Part shown: piece by piece, positions 35,845 through 49,652 of the stretch
Position numbering within the stretch: position 1 is the first letter of the stretch
Layout of the letters: each line of letters begins with the position of its first letter
Notes under the pieces: model-generated
The model's database searches: none
Told to the model about the DNA's origin: nothing
What the model saw: only the letters and a program-made list of their open reading frames with translations
Position numbers and translations under genes: made by a program
Source of the DNA: Octopus bimaculoides
Lineage: Eukaryota
Length of the DNA stretch: 64,000 nt
Assembly: GCF_001194135.2 (NCBI RefSeq)
Contig: NC_068988.1
Location: 69,046,080-69,110,079, forward strand
Direction of reading: 5' to 3'

Positions 35845-38270
35845 TATTTTCATTATTATTATCATTACACTGGGAGTCTGCTTGGTTTTTGTCTATCTTG
35901 GATTTTATGCAATTAGTCTTTAATACTTGATTTGTGCTGCTATTAACAAACTTTGTGTCTCTATTTTCAGCCTTCCTTTCTGCAATCATAGCCATGTTTC
36001 ACTAGTACTATTTGCTGAAACTATCTTCAGGAATCTACCATGCAAGCCTTCTCCTGCTAGCCAGATAACTTCGTTTAGGTTTTTGGTTTCCCTTTCTGTT
36101 GCAGTGACTCTAACAGGTTTTAATAAACTTTCTTAATTTTTACCCACATGGGAGTCTATATCTACTCTAGCTAACTCCACGCAGTCTTCTACTGATATTA
36201 ACCCTCTTTCACCTTCCTTTCTAGGTAAGTATATTCTTGCTACTCCTGCTCTTGGGTGGAGTCATCCATTTATATTGAAATCCTTCTTAACTCTTCTGTC
36301 TAGCTTTGCTAATTCAGTTTTTGTCCAGTCTACAAAAGCTGCTGAGTGTCTAAGTAATGATACTGCCCAAGTATTTACAGCCTCCACTAAATTCAGACCA
36401 TTTAGTTTTGACTTCATTAGCTTTCTTACCCTTCTGATGTACTCCTTCTCAATTTTCGTTTTCATTTCTATAGTTAGTACTCGGTCAGATTCTAATACTT
36501 ATAGATAGGTGGAAATTTAGACAGTGTCACGTGACAACTAGCTGGGGCTGCCTGCTGGAGCCTAGCAGCAGATATAAAAAGGGGAACTTGACATGACGAT
36601 CAGTCGGACGCTGACACTCGTTGATGTTGCATCGAAGAGGCCAGGGAATAGAAGAAAGAAGACATACACCCAACACCAGAGCTGAAGACACCTCCGAAAG
36701 GAAGGGCCCCGCCACGTCAAAACGGTAGAGGAGTAGGGGCCGAAACCGGACGTGGTTCCTCCTGATGATGTCTTGAGCTAACTGGATCCTATAAAGGAGC
36801 TGTTGTGGTAGCAGACCACAAAACATGGTTGAAATTCCTCCTATAACTCTCTACTTCCTTTCAATGATTTTAATGTCTCACCATCTGGTAATTTGATGCC
36901 TTCGCTGTTGACTACCTGTCTCTTTCTCATGACTAATATTGCACACTTATCTATGTCAAATTCCATGCATATATCTTTGCTGAAGAGTCCTACAGTCTGT
37001 ATTAAGGAATCTATCTCTTTTTCATTCTTACTAAAAAGTTTCAGATCATCCATGTAGAGCAAATTTATTTCTTTGTAGAATCTCTTCTGATCTACTCTGA
37101 ATCACCTATTCTGCCGGTATCCCTTCATTCTTTGGTTGTATCTTACCATCTTTGCTTTCTTTGCAATAAGGTGCTGTTTCAGCTCCTCCATTACCACTTT
37201 CAGGCTTTTTCTTTCAATATCATACTCCCTGTCCAGTGACTTGTATTTCTGTTCGCTTTCAAACTCCCCTTTCTCATTTCAGTCCAACACAGAAATGTCC
37301 TTCGAGAGCATATCTAACCCCACCTATATTCTTCCTTTCCACTATGAATCTTTTCTTTTGTCACCTTCATTATATTTCTTTTTCCTGACATCAACAATTT
37401 TCTGCTATAATAATACTTGCTGCCTTGATCAAATTATTTGTTTCTGAGATGTTTTTTGTTGTGTTGTATTTCAGAATTTCATTCACCTTTTTCGTTTCTT
37501 GGTTCAATTTCCACTGATCAACCTTTTTAAGGTTGCAAATAATATCACTATCATTCTCCTGTAGCCTTGCCTTTATTCTGTCATAGATTGCCTTTTACCC
37601 ATCTGTCATGTCACCATTAGTTTTATTGTCTTCTTGCAGATCACCTATATGTCTCTCATCGAGCAAGCTATCACAGTTACTTTCCTATGGTTTATTAGAG
37701 ATCTCACCTCTGTTTTCTGCTCTGAGATTACTTTTATCAGTAAGAACTGCATTTTCGCACTTTCCTCTGCTGCTGTTTTCCAAATACACACCTTTTGATA
37801 GCTTCGAGCTCTACTCCTGTGAACCAACGATTTTTTTCTTATTGGCTCTAGCTTGATCACATAATCTCTGTTCCGTGAGTTATAACAATCCTCTTTCTCT
37901 CCATTGATCAGACATACATTGTCGGTATCCCCTAATATGAGCACCATTTTCGTCTACGGGGTTGCTCAGATAGTAACACTCCATGACCACAACATTGACT
38001 TGTTTGTTCCATCTATGTCATGTGTGTTGGTCCATTGCTGGATAACGACAGGCTGGAGCTGGACCAGTATTTCTGAGCCTGCCAGTTGCAACACTGTCAC
38101 CATCAAGGGCTTCAGTTTCATTACCACCATTTTTCACAATATTTTGTTTTTTTCATTCTCATTCATATGATGTAGCAATTTGCACAAATATCAGTTTTTT
38201 TATTGTGTCACCATCACTAGATGTATCATCGATCAGGACATGGGGAGATTCCAACCACTTCATTTACATA
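35845..38270 (-). mobile_element. R4/Dong-like LINE, internally deleted and interrupted
   Basis: N-terminal VNVVVMECYYLSNPVDENG..IRGYRQ; RT LYMDDLKLFSKNEKEIDSLIQTV...DKCAIL; KEYIRRVRKLMKSKLNGLNLVEAVNTWAVSLLRHSA; QVLKTNCIKSKIDKNQADSQC; cut off at an (AAT)-like tract. Confidence 0.9.
36508..36841. mobile_element. Unclassified insertion of about 332 bp inside the LINE RT (solo-LTR-like TG...CA core at 36525-36820)
   Basis: LINE frame ESY(R)|YL*VLESD resumes across it; visibly GC-richer than its flanks; contains TATAAAAAGGGG; palindromes near both ends; no clear TSD. Confidence 0.7.
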
Positions 38271-39125
38271 TTATTATTATCATCACTGATATTATTATTT
38301 TCATTTTTCACTATTTGTCATTGTTAATATTTCCTCTGATCCGACATGAGTTTTGGTTAAATGTCATTAACTCTTTCATGTTAGTTCCTTCTAGGCTCCA
38401 GATCTTATCTCTTAGTGTAGACAATTTGATAGAGGACCGCTTCTATAATTATGAAGAAATAAATGTAATCAAACGAGACAAAGAACAAACAAAAATTAAT
38501 ATCCACCCCTATTTTTTTCTGTGAGGGGTATATATTTGTTTAATGCTGTGGGTGTGTGTGTATGTGTACGTGGGTGTGCGTGTATATTTATATATATATA
38601 TGTGTGTGTGTTTAATGCATTTGTGATCAATAATGACTCTTCTTTGTCGTTTGTTTTTATTCAATTTGCTTATGTGTGTGTGTGTCTGCACTTGTTTATA
38701 CATTACCTAATGTTATTTTGAAATATTAAAATGTGTTTATGTAAAACTGGGGTGTATACGTAATTAATTTGTTTATGTACTTACGTGTTTGTGGTGTGTA
38801 CTTAATCAGATATAGTCCTTATATGTACTTACTTGGATATAGTCTTGCACTTACTCAGGTGTAGCCCAGTGTTTTGTCAGTGTGGTGAGCGCATTTATAT
38901 GTGTTGCGTGAGTGACAGAGGTGACACACAGTTAAAATACAACGTTTCATTTGGGAAAAAGAAATAAATTTTAATGAGTATTACTTATTCGGATATAGTC
39001 TAACACTTTGTCAATTATTTTAGGCTCCATTTGTTGTCTTTATTCCTGATGTTCTTGGATAGATTTTGGAACAGTGTTTTATCGCTCGGTGTTCTCTGGT
39101 TATTATTATTATTATTGTTATTGTT

Positions 39126-39173
<48 letters not shown>

Positions 39174-39195
39174 ATTATTATTATTATTATTATTC

Positions 39196-39415
39196 AAGGT
39201 GGCAAGCTGGCAGAATCGTTAGCACGCCGGGCAAAATGCTTAGTGGCATTTCATCTGTCTTTACATTCTGAGTTCAAATTCTGCCAAGGTCAACTTTGCC
39301 TTTCATCTTTTCGGGGTTGATAAAATAAGTACCAGTGAAGCACTGGGGTCGATGCAATCAACTAGTCCTCTCCCCACCCCAAATTTCAGACCTTGTGCCT
39401 ATAGTGAAAAGGATT
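39196..39415 (+). mobile_element. SINE family A, full length, between (TAT/TGT)n tracts
   Basis: AAGGTGGCAAGCTGGCAGAATCGTTAGC...GAGTTCAAATTCTGCC...GTGAAAAGGATTATTATT. Confidence 0.9.
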
Positions 39416-39419
39416 ATTA

Positions 39420-39462
<43 letters not shown>

Positions 39463-39505
39463 GTTTGACCCTTGTGGCCAACAAAGGAACGATTATCATT
39501 ATTAT

Positions 39506-39544
<39 letters not shown>

Positions 39545-39949
39545 TGTTGTTATTGTTGTTGTAATTATTAACTTATGAAGACATGAAGATTGACATAATT
39601 TTTCATGAAGGTAAATAAACAATTAGAAGAGCATGATATATAACAAAACACTGACTGACTTAAATTTTTGAATGGAACAATATTTCAACATTATCTCTGT
39701 CTTCTTCAGGCCTAAAATAACAATGGAAAAAAAATAAGGAAAAATGAAAAATTCACAGAAATGCAGAAATCTAAAATTTCAACTAGATGATCCTCATTCT
39801 TCCTAGACAAACCAACATATCAAATAGTCTTGCAAATGACACATCTAAAATTCGCTATGCATGCCAAACTTTCATGCATAATTATAGCAGTCACAGTAAA
39901 ATTTCTGACCAAATTCTTTTAGTTATTAACTGGCACCAAAATTTCAATG

Positions 39950-41240
39950 GCATTTCAAAAGTGTTACAAGACAGTTATCAACATTTCATAAAAATATCCA
40001 TGTTTCAAAGAAATATTTCTTGATCCCATATTGTTATCTTTAGACATAACAAAAATATCAAATAGCATCTCTGATTATCATCAAAATTTCGTTGATGTTT
40101 CTGAATTCTGCACTCCTAAAAACAGTTGCAAAAAAGGTAAGCTCTTTTAATTGCACAACAGCATGAGCCAGATCAACTTTATTACAAATTCTAAACAAAA
40201 CCTTTATCCAGTTCTGTATCATCCACTTGAACATCCCCAAGTATGGTAATATTTATGATCTTGGTTTCCTTAGTCATTTTCATCAATTACAACAAAGTCT
40301 GGTCACCAAGCATCAATCACTGAGCAATCACCAAGCATTTGATGCAATCACCAAGCATCAAGCACCCTGGATTGTAAAAAGCTACAAGATTTTATACCCA
40401 TGTCGCCTTCTGGTTTATGCTCGTACCATTTCAATATCTTTTCAAAACAACACTTCTCTCACACTCCCCAATGAACATTCTTACCCATGTCACCACATGT
40501 TTAGCTATGCTACCATGCCTCCTTTTGTATTCCTTTCGAGCCAGTTTGCTACACTCATTCATAATATGCGAGACTTCCATTTTTGATGCCACACATCCTA
40601 AAAAGGAGTGGTACACTACTCTTATTTATTTGGGACTTAGTGTAATTAGTTTTCTGAGCTTGTTCCTGAGCACTGCATATCACTTCCACAGTGCACATTA
40701 TCAGATCATTTTTTCTTAGCATCTCCAGGTGTTGGTGTTGTCTTTTTTTTTACCATTTTGCCTGAGGTATTGCCCATGCACTGCATTATTGTTGTTCTCA
40801 ATCATGCTTCCATAAATTCTTTTGTGTGTGTCACATTTTCATTAGGTAGCAGCAGCAACCAAAGGTTCAATCAACTATTTTCAGACTGTTTTCCTCATTG
40901 ACAACACAGATCTTGCATCCTATGAGACCTCTGCCTCTATTGTATCTAGACACACATCATCATCGATATTGCTTTGAGAGTGCAGTTCCTTGTTCATTGT
41001 CAGCACTTGCCTGGTTTTTCCATCCATTTCCTCAAGCTCATTCTTTGTCCATTTAACAATACTGTGCCATATTGCATTAAGAAGACAGCTCCTGTATTTA
41101 TTGCCTTGGTGCTGTTCTTTCCATCGAGTCTACTCTCTGTAATTAATTAGATTCTTCTGAGATATTCTTGCCTAAAGCTTTCTTTCATCTCACTCTCTTT
41201 GATTTCGTCATTCTTCAAAATACCTCCCTTGTACTCGCAT
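39950..41240 (-). mobile_element. Degenerate R4/Dong-like LINE 3' half
   Basis: GRGLIGCKICV and KMEVSHIMNECSKLARKEYKRRHGSIAK (knuckle region). Confidence 0.75.
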
Positions 41241-41371
41241 GTGCATACATTTATAGATATACATAGAGCAAAAAACGTCTCTCTCATCTTTCACTCCTAC
41301 TTTCACTTTCTCACTGACCACTAGTGTGTATGTATATATATGTGTGTGTGTGATCATCATAATACATATAC

Positions 41372-41653
41372 TCTTTTACTCTTTTACTTGTTTCAGTCTT
41401 TTAACTGCGGCCATGCTGGAGCACCGCCTTTAGTCGAGCAAATCGACCCCAGGACTTATTCTTTAGAAGCCTAGTACTTATTCTATCGGTCTCTTTTGCC
41501 GAACCGCTAAGTTACGGGGACATAAACACACCAGCATCGGTTGTCAAGCAATGTTGGGGGGACAAACACAGACACACAAACACATACATACATACATATA
41601 TATATATATACATATATACGACGGGCTTCTTTCAGTTTCCGTCTACCAAATCC
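41372..41653 (-). mobile_element. SINE family C (5' part runs into an N-gap)
   Basis: CTTTTACTTGTTTCAGTC...GACGGGCTTCTTTCAGTTTCCGTCTACCAAATCC; near-consensus. Confidence 0.9.
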
Positions 41654-41977
41654 NNNNNNNNNNNNNNNNNNNNNNNNNNNNNNNNNNNNNNNNNNNNNNN
41701 NNNNNNNNNNNNNNNNNNNNNNNNNNNNNNNNNNNNNNNNNNNNNNNNNNNNNNNNNNNNNNNNNNNNNNNNNNNNNNNNNNNNNNNNNNNNNNNNNNNN
41801 NNNNNNNNNNNNNNNNNNNNNNNNNNNNNNNNNNNNNNNNNNNNNNNNNNNNNNNNNNNNNNNNNNNNNNNNNNNNNNNNNNNNNNNNNNNNNNNNNNNN
41901 NNNNNNNNNNNNNNNNNNNNNNNNNNNNNNNNNNNNNNNNNNNNNNNNNNNNNNNNNNNNNNNNNNNNNNNNNNNNN

Positions 41978-42012
<35 letters not shown>

Positions 42013-42399
42013 AACACACACACACACATGCACGCACACACTTTTCACAAATTTATCGACTACTTGCAATGATGTTATTTCCCTGATCACAACTTTAAAC
42101 TTTCTATTTTAATCGTGTATTCTGAGAAACTTTTGGTTCTCTGACTTCAAACTTCTCTCTCTCCCTTGCTCAGCAACACCCTGCCTGAACTTTACTTCAG
42201 CCCATTGCACCTATCCAACGCACTCCTTCCACCTCCATTTACAGTATACTCCTGCACAGTGAAGCACACATGCTCTCCTACCATCACTCTCCTTTATTTA
42301 TCTTCTTCTTTCTTTCCATTACATCTGTCCATGTACCATTTTTAGTCAGGTATGTGAAACTCATCCCTTTATCATCACCGTAATTGAAAATAAGGAAGC

Positions 42400-43140
42400 G
42401 AATCACTAGTGTCAGGTTATTGGTGACTAAACCTGCATCTAGAGAGAGCTTGCTCTGTGAGATGTCCTGTAGATGAACAGCACAGGCTTGACTGTCATTA
42501 CAGTTGCCAGAACAAGATGGTCTAGGGTGATGAATATAGTTAATTTTTGAGCAGACCCAATAATGGTGAAAGGAAGCCTACAAAAGGATACAGAGAGAGA
42601 ACGTATGACATCTGGATTGAGACTCAGGGCTTAGATGTTACAGAATAGAGACTGTGTGACCAAGCAAATATAATAAGGAAGAATGGATGGTTAGCAACAT
42701 TTGAGCTTGATGAGATTAAGAAAGAGAGAATTGAAAGCACAATGAATGATGATGAAGTGGCTAGAGAGAAAGTTGACAAGGCTGTATGGATGAAGACGTT
42801 CAGGAGAATGATGCTAGCGTTTGAGAATATAGAGTAACTGAGTGATGAAGACAGAAGAATAATCAAAGACATCGTTGGTAACACTGAGAAACGTTTGGAT
42901 GTGAAAGTAAATGGACTTAAGAAAGGAGATAGAATTTTGTTCAGGAGTAGAGTTAGAATGTGAACAAAGTACTGAAAGAAGTTAAGACGGATAATATAAA
43001 TGGAATAAAAAGATTGAGCTCATATCATCTACACATGAAAGAAACTAGGTCATGAACCAAACCATTAAAGAGGAAACTTTGCAAAATGGCCTTGGCGGTA
43101 AAGAAGAATAAAGCAATCTATGAACAAAATTCGAAAACAT
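42400..43140 (+). mobile_element. R4/Dong-like LINE 5' portion, degenerate
   Basis: GYRERTYDIWIETQGLDVTE*RLCDQANIIRKNGWLATFELDEIKK; shares TGAACAGCACAGGCT with the 24050 copy. Confidence 0.75.
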
Positions 43141-43164
43141 ATCAACATTATTATAGTTATTACC

Positions 43165-43208
<44 letters not shown>

Positions 43209-45494
43209 TGGAACAGTGTAGTGGCCAAAAGAACAATGCCCTTTTCTAAATGTAATTCTTTACATGTTTCTTTCTGTACTGCTTTCTAACTGAATTAACT
43301 CTGGTTCCTACTACCACCTTTTGGAGTGAAACTGTGTTTACATAGCAAATAAAACAAATTCTAGACTGAGATTGTATCAGCACTCAAAATCTACATATGC
43401 TCCACATTTGCCTTGTCGCTGATCTTACTCTGAGTATTTTAGCTGACTTGGTAGAAACTCAGAAATATAAAGCAGTGTTTAGTGTTTTATTTAATAAGAC
43501 AGTTTGTTGACAGTTGAAAGAAAGTTATATGTCTACACTGTTAATTATTCGTTATCTAGCAACATGACAAAAATTAATTTGCAGATATCTAACCACTAAT
43601 GAAGAATGAAACTGGAACTAAAAAAGTAAAATTTTCTGAAAAGAATATGAGAAAACAGAAAATAGCTTTTTGTGTTCATTCACGCACATAGCTACTTTTT
43701 CTCTTTCACCTCCTGATTGAAGGTTTCTGACAGAAGATAAACATGATAAATCTGAGTCAGTCTAACCAATATATACAGATTCTTACTTTCATTTGCTCAT
43801 TTTTAAATAGTCTTATTTATTTTTGTATAATTTAGCAAACCTATTCATTACTGAATATACTGAAAAGATAAACAATTTTAAAATACACACACATGAAGGA
43901 AAGAAAAAGAATATTTACTAAGATGTATGTAAGCTTTTCATACTAAAAACAGAGTTTCTATAATAATTAATTTTGTAGAATTCGCTGAGATTGATGACAC
44001 TTCTTACTATAAAATTTGTCTTCATATTCTTCCAGGAACAAAAGAAAGAAAAGGAACAAACCTGTTTTAAGTAACCTAGCTATTCATTCTCAATGCTTTC
44101 TAGCAGATTTGAATGTGAATATACTGATTGCTGTTGTTTTTCAACATTGGATAACATGGATGAATTACATGTGTTATGAACACATTGTCTTAAAGAAGGA
44201 GATGTTCTATGGTTATGATAAACCTCAGCAATTGATATATTCATGCATGAATCTACAAGAATGCATTGAGAATGAATAGATACATTATTATTTGAATTTT
44301 CACTTTCCTGTATGCACCTCATGAATTATAAACTGTTTACATTGTTTGAAACAAATTTGTAGTTAAAAAAATGCCTGGAAAGGATTACTAGTAAATGCAA
44401 CAATATGTCATCAACAATTCAGCAAGGAAAACTGTTAAAGAAACAAAGACAGTTACAATACTAATATATAAATGAACAGAAGCAGTGCTGTTGTTTGTTC
44501 ATAGCATGTTTCATTCTCTGTCACCTTACTTTAGTTAATAAATGCACATTCCCAATGAATGTTGTGATATGCAAATTAACAAAAGCAGTAAATGTTAGTT
44601 GTATTTTTCAAAAGTAATTATAAATTATGTAGTAGTCAAAATGATGTCCTCATCCTGGTTGGACATCAGACCAGATATGGACAGCAATTCAACTGCTACA
44701 TAATATTAAAATTCTTCAACTTAGAAATACAGAATTGTACTTATAAACTGTTCCCTTTCTCTCTCATTCATTTTCTCCATCTTTTTCTGTATATCTCTCC
44801 CTACCTCTCTCTCTCTCTAGAAAAGAGGAAACACACCTGATGAGCTGATAACGACCGAATGAAAGCAGTCCAATTAATCTCCAATCTACTGAATAAACCA
44901 TGTGAAATTACCATAAAGCTTATTTGCACAGTGAAATTAAGTGTACAACTATTGAATATATGGAAATAAATATTTTTACAAATTTACATTTTAGAGCTAG
45001 ATAATATTCAATTAACAATTAGTGATAATTAAAATGTTGTTCAACCTGCTAGAAATAACAACAAAATTCCATCAAACAACAACCTTCCTTTCTAGACAGT
45101 CATGGCCATCACATGACCTGCATTAACCAATGTATCTGCTTTTTGTTTAAATTTAGATGGAACTTTATAAATTTCTTTCCACCAACAGAATTTTTTCAAA
45201 TTTTCTAAACAGATGTAACCTTGCATGCTGATGACAGAAATTACAATCTTTTTCTCTAGAAATTAATAATAAAGCAGCTACAAGCTTTTGAATTTATGTC
45301 ATTTTAGCTCATTGGAAACTTCCATTGCTGACAAACTGGAAACCAAAACAAAATGGCTTAATGAAATTTAGATATTATTTCTAGTATTCTGAACTACATA
45401 AAGCTGTTGGGCTAAACTAATGCTGAATTGAAATGGAATGCACTGAGAAAAATAGTGTATTCCAATTTTTATAATACATATATATATATGTCGC

Positions 45495-45660
45495 CTTCAT
45501 GGCACTTGTGCTGGTGGCACATGTAAATACATTCGAGTGAGATCATTGTCAGTGCCACTTGACTGGCTCCTGTGCAGATGGCACATAAAATACAATATTT
45601 TGAGCGTGGCCGTTGCCAGTGCTGCCTGACTGGCCTTCGTGCCGGTGGCACGTAAAAGTA
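45495..45660 (+). mobile_element. Family D fragment fused to SINE B
   Basis: TTTTGAGCGTGGCCGTTGCCAGT...GGCACGTAAAAG is the reverse complement of 18385-18450. Confidence 0.75.
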
Positions 45661-45980
45661 CTCGCGGTCATAGGATCGCGGTTTTGATTCCCAGACCGGG
45701 CGTTGTGAGCGTTTATTGAGCGAAAACACCTAAAAAGCTCCATGAGGCTCCGGCAGGGGATGGTGGCGAACCCTGCTGTACTCTTTCACCACAACTTTCT
45801 CTCACTCTTACTTCCTGTTTCTGTTGTGCCTGTAATTCAAAGGGTCAGCCTTGTCACACTAAGTCAGGCTGAATATCCCCGAGAACTACGTTAAGGGTAC
45901 ACATGTCTGTGGAGTGCTCAGCCACTTGTACGTTAATTTCACAAGCAGGCTGTTCCATTGATCGGATCAACTGGAACAAC
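45661..45980 (+). mobile_element. SINE family B, 5'-truncated
   Basis: Starts at CTCGCGGTCATAGGATCGCGG and lacks the A-box. Confidence 0.9.
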
Positions 45981-46852
45981 NNNNNNNNNNNNNNNNNNNN
46001 NNNNNNNNNNNNNNNNNNNNNNNNNNNNNNNNNNNNNNNNNNNNTATATAAATGCATACATATATTCACACATACACACACACACACATTATTGATGCTC
46101 CACTTATTTTTTTCTTCAATTAAAATAATCCATCACATATTTCAATTACAACTAAAAAATAAAGAGTTTTGGAAAATTTTCTGTAAATTTATTGATACAT
46201 GGCTATAAACAATTTATATTTTCTAAAAAAAACATGACAGAAAAATAACCTGTCCTAATATTTAAATCCTAGCTGTGAAATTTCCTTATTTAACTGAAGG
46301 ATTAGCATCAACATTTTATAATGTTTTTTTTTTATGCCGTAACAATTTGATTAAAGATTTGTAGGTATTTTTATTTCTTCAAAATATTTTTAGTTATATG
46401 TCTTTAAAATTTACATATAACTAAAATTAAATATGCAAAATATTTGTAAGAGAGAAAAATAACTTCTTAAGAAATATATAATTTTTAAAATTAGCAGATA
46501 TGAACATATGTATGTATTTTTAAAAAAATGATCTAACTATGTAGAGGAATAAATGTCTCTGAAATCTAACGTTTTACAAGTACATACACGTGTGCAGGTA
46601 TATGACATATATAAACATACATATAGATATATAAATCTATATGGGTGCAAATATATATATATATGTATACACATATATATATACACATGCATGCACTTAT
46701 ATAAACATATATACATAGAATTAAAGGTAATGCTATTGCTACTTCAGAGTATTCCTTATTTTTAATATTGTTAATATTTATACATATATATTTACATATA
46801 TATACATAAACATGTATACATATACACATATATAAACATATATACATATATA

Positions 46853-46918
<66 letters not shown>

Positions 46919-47318
46919 TGTATATAGAATACAAGAATTTTAATGGAGATAAAACTCCAGTATATAGTACAACTCTTTGTTTTTTGCTTGTATATGAGCT
47001 AAAGTTTAATAAAATTTGATATAAAACAAAAATTTCAGATATTTGTCTTAAGCATTCAAACAAACAAATTCATATCAGATGTATGACGAGATATTATTCC
47101 ATTCAAATAACCACATATTTATATTAAAGCATAGATGATAAAAATATAGAAATATAAGAATATAAAGATAAAAAAATATTAGAAAATATAATATAAACAT
47201 AAAATACATTAAAAATATAAGAATATAAACATAAAAAATGTATAAGGTGTACTATGAAAGTAGAAAATATATAGTTAGAATAGATTAAAGGAGGCAAGTG
47301 AAAGGATCAGTCCAAACC

Positions 47319-47684
47319 TATGACGATATGGGTTCCAGTTGATCCGATCAATGGAACAGCCTGCTCATGAAATTAACGTGCAAGTGGCTGAGCATTCCAC
47401 AGACACGTGTACCCTTAACATAGTTCTTGGGGGAGATTCAGCATGACACAGAATGGGACAAGGCTGGCCCTTTGAAATACAGATACAACAGAAACAGGAA
47501 GATAGAGTGAGAGAAAATTGTGGTGAAAGAGTACAACAGGGTTCGCGACCACCTCCTACCGGAGCCTCATGGAGCTTTAGATGTTTTTGCTCAATAAACA
47601 CTCACTACGCCTGGTCTGGAAATCGAAACCGCGATCCTATGACCGCGAGTTCGCTGCTCTAACCACTGGGCCATTGTGACTCCA
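47319..47684 (-). mobile_element. SINE family B
   Basis: Homologous to 2940-3324, more diverged. Confidence 0.9.
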
Positions 47685-47687
47685 TAT

Positions 47688-47738
<51 letters not shown>

Positions 47739-48689
47739 TGCACGCACACACACATATATATACACACACACACATGTATATATATATGTATACATTCATA
47801 GATATGCATATAAATGTGCATATGTGTTTGTATATGTATGACTGTGATGTTTACAATATTTATTTATGGTTGTATTATTGAAGAAATGAATGTTTAAAAG
47901 AACATATATAGCAGTAAAATGACAAATTCAAACACCAGTTTACGAAATTGTCTCCAAGATTTTTCTCAGTGATGAAAGCAAAAATATAAAACTAGAAAAT
48001 AAAAAACTTGAGTAAACTCTTCTTTCAAAGAGCAATTTGCATGCTTAGTTATATGAGGATTTTAACTAACTTAATGCAAAATGTAGGTATGACTTTTTAT
48101 TGACTGACATAGATCATTCAAATTGCACATAGTGGTAGCATAACTTTTCCTCTATCTTTCTTCTTGAGCTTTTTCATTGCAGGCAAGTAATGGATTCTAA
48201 GCAGAAACAGCATACTGTCATTGATTCAACCGTCTTAAGTTTCATGCCAATGCACTTGTCAAACTTATAATAAATCTTCATATTGCACAATTTGTCTCCT
48301 GTCACACAACTTCCAATTTAGTTCTCAACTTCTATCTCTCTCTTTCACCCCTTTTCCTGTATGTATATTCACACACACACACACACACACACACACTTAC
48401 ATATATATAAGTATGACTAGAGTATTTGTCTCACTGTCTCTTTTTCCCTTTCTTCTCTTTTACCAAACAGCTTTCATTCCGCAATGTCTTCGTTAAAAAC
48501 ATCTTGTTAACTTATTAAGATACCATTGTAAAAAATTTAGTATTTAAAAAGATGTAAATTATGAATGTGAGACATAAATAAAAATATAAATCTGAATTAT
48601 AAATGCCTCTTCAGAAAACTTACAAGCAAATATTCGCTTAATTTTTGTTTGGTTACTTTTCGTATTAGGTAACTTTTTAAAATAAGAAA

Positions 48690-49170
48690 TGTCATCCATT
48701 TATCTATGTATATGTCTGTCTATTTTTCTTTCTTTCTTTTTATCTCTCTATTTCTATTTGTTTTTCTTTCTCTTTCTCTCTGTTTTCTGTTCTCTCTTTT
48801 TCTCTTTCCTTTTTTCTTCATTTCTCTTCCATTCTTCCATTCTTTATTGTTTCTATTTTCTTTTCCTTTTTTTTTTTCAATCTGTCTGCATTTGTCTTTC
48901 TTTCAGCAATTTTTCTTTTTCCCTCTCTGTTTTCGATTTTCTCTCTTTTCTCTTTTTCTTCCTTCTTTCCTTCTCTCTTCCTGTCTTCTTTCCTACTCTC
49001 TTTTTCTATCCCTCTTTCACTCTTTCTCAATCTCTCTTTCTTTCACACTCCTTCATTCTTTCCTTCTTTCTTTCTGTCTTCCTCTCTTTCTCTCAGTATT
49101 TCTATTTCTCTCTCTGCCTCTCTCATTATTCTTTCACATTCTCTCTCTTCTCTTCTATTCTTTCTTTTTT
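48690..49170. repeat. CT-rich polypyrimidine low-complexity tract
   Basis: Direct reading; source of the Phe/Leu/Ser-rich ORFs. Confidence 0.95.
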
Positions 49171-49437
49171 TCACAATACACAAATAATCCATATTCACAG
49201 GCACTATCTGTGTATCTTAGTTCCATCATTTCAGAAAAATAATTGACTAATTAATTTCTTATATCTATTTTCAAGAAATCACTTACTGACATTTCCATAA
49301 AAGCACATAGAAGTAAAGTTACTGATGTCAATAAAGGATGTACTTTGCTGATTCTCTGAACCAACCTCCAGCCATTTGATAAAGATTTGTTCTTTAAGTT
49401 GGCATCAATACCTGATCAGCATTCACTATATATATCA

Positions 49438-49652
49438 TTAACCCTTTAGCATTCAGATTACTCCATCAAATATAAAACTTATTCATTCACATTGTTTTGA
49501 ATCGATCATGATTTATCTCGTAGCATTGAGATTCTGATTAGATGATTGCTTGTTTTCAAAATAATATTGTTGAGTAGGTGTAAGAGGCCAGATCTGACTA
49601 GTTTGAACTTAAAACAAGTTGAATATCTGGACTGGATATAGCTAAAAGATTA
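49438..49652. mobile_element. piggyBac-like MITE (TTAA plus CCC terminus), right end degenerate
   Basis: TTAA|CCCTTTAGC at the left end; GCTAAAAGATTA at the right end approximates the complementary TIR. Confidence 0.6.

Noticed and set aside
36200-36232. Strong + strand polypyrimidine-TAG|GTAAGT (recursive-splice-like)
   Set aside because: It is simply the antisense of LINE codons RIYLPRKEGERG.
44036-44072. Strong acceptor followed by GTKERKGTNLF* (possible terminal exon)
   Set aside because: Too short to distinguish from chance without transcript data.
44835-44880. CTGATGAG...TGAAAGCAGTC hammerhead-like string
   Set aside because: No convincing stem I, II or III pairing; at most a very degraded remnant.
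48689-49246. Long 178-185 aa hydrophobic ORFs
   Set aside because: Translation of a CT-rich low-complexity tract; likewise the poly-HT, CV, YI, N, D and L ORFs and all X-containing ORFs.
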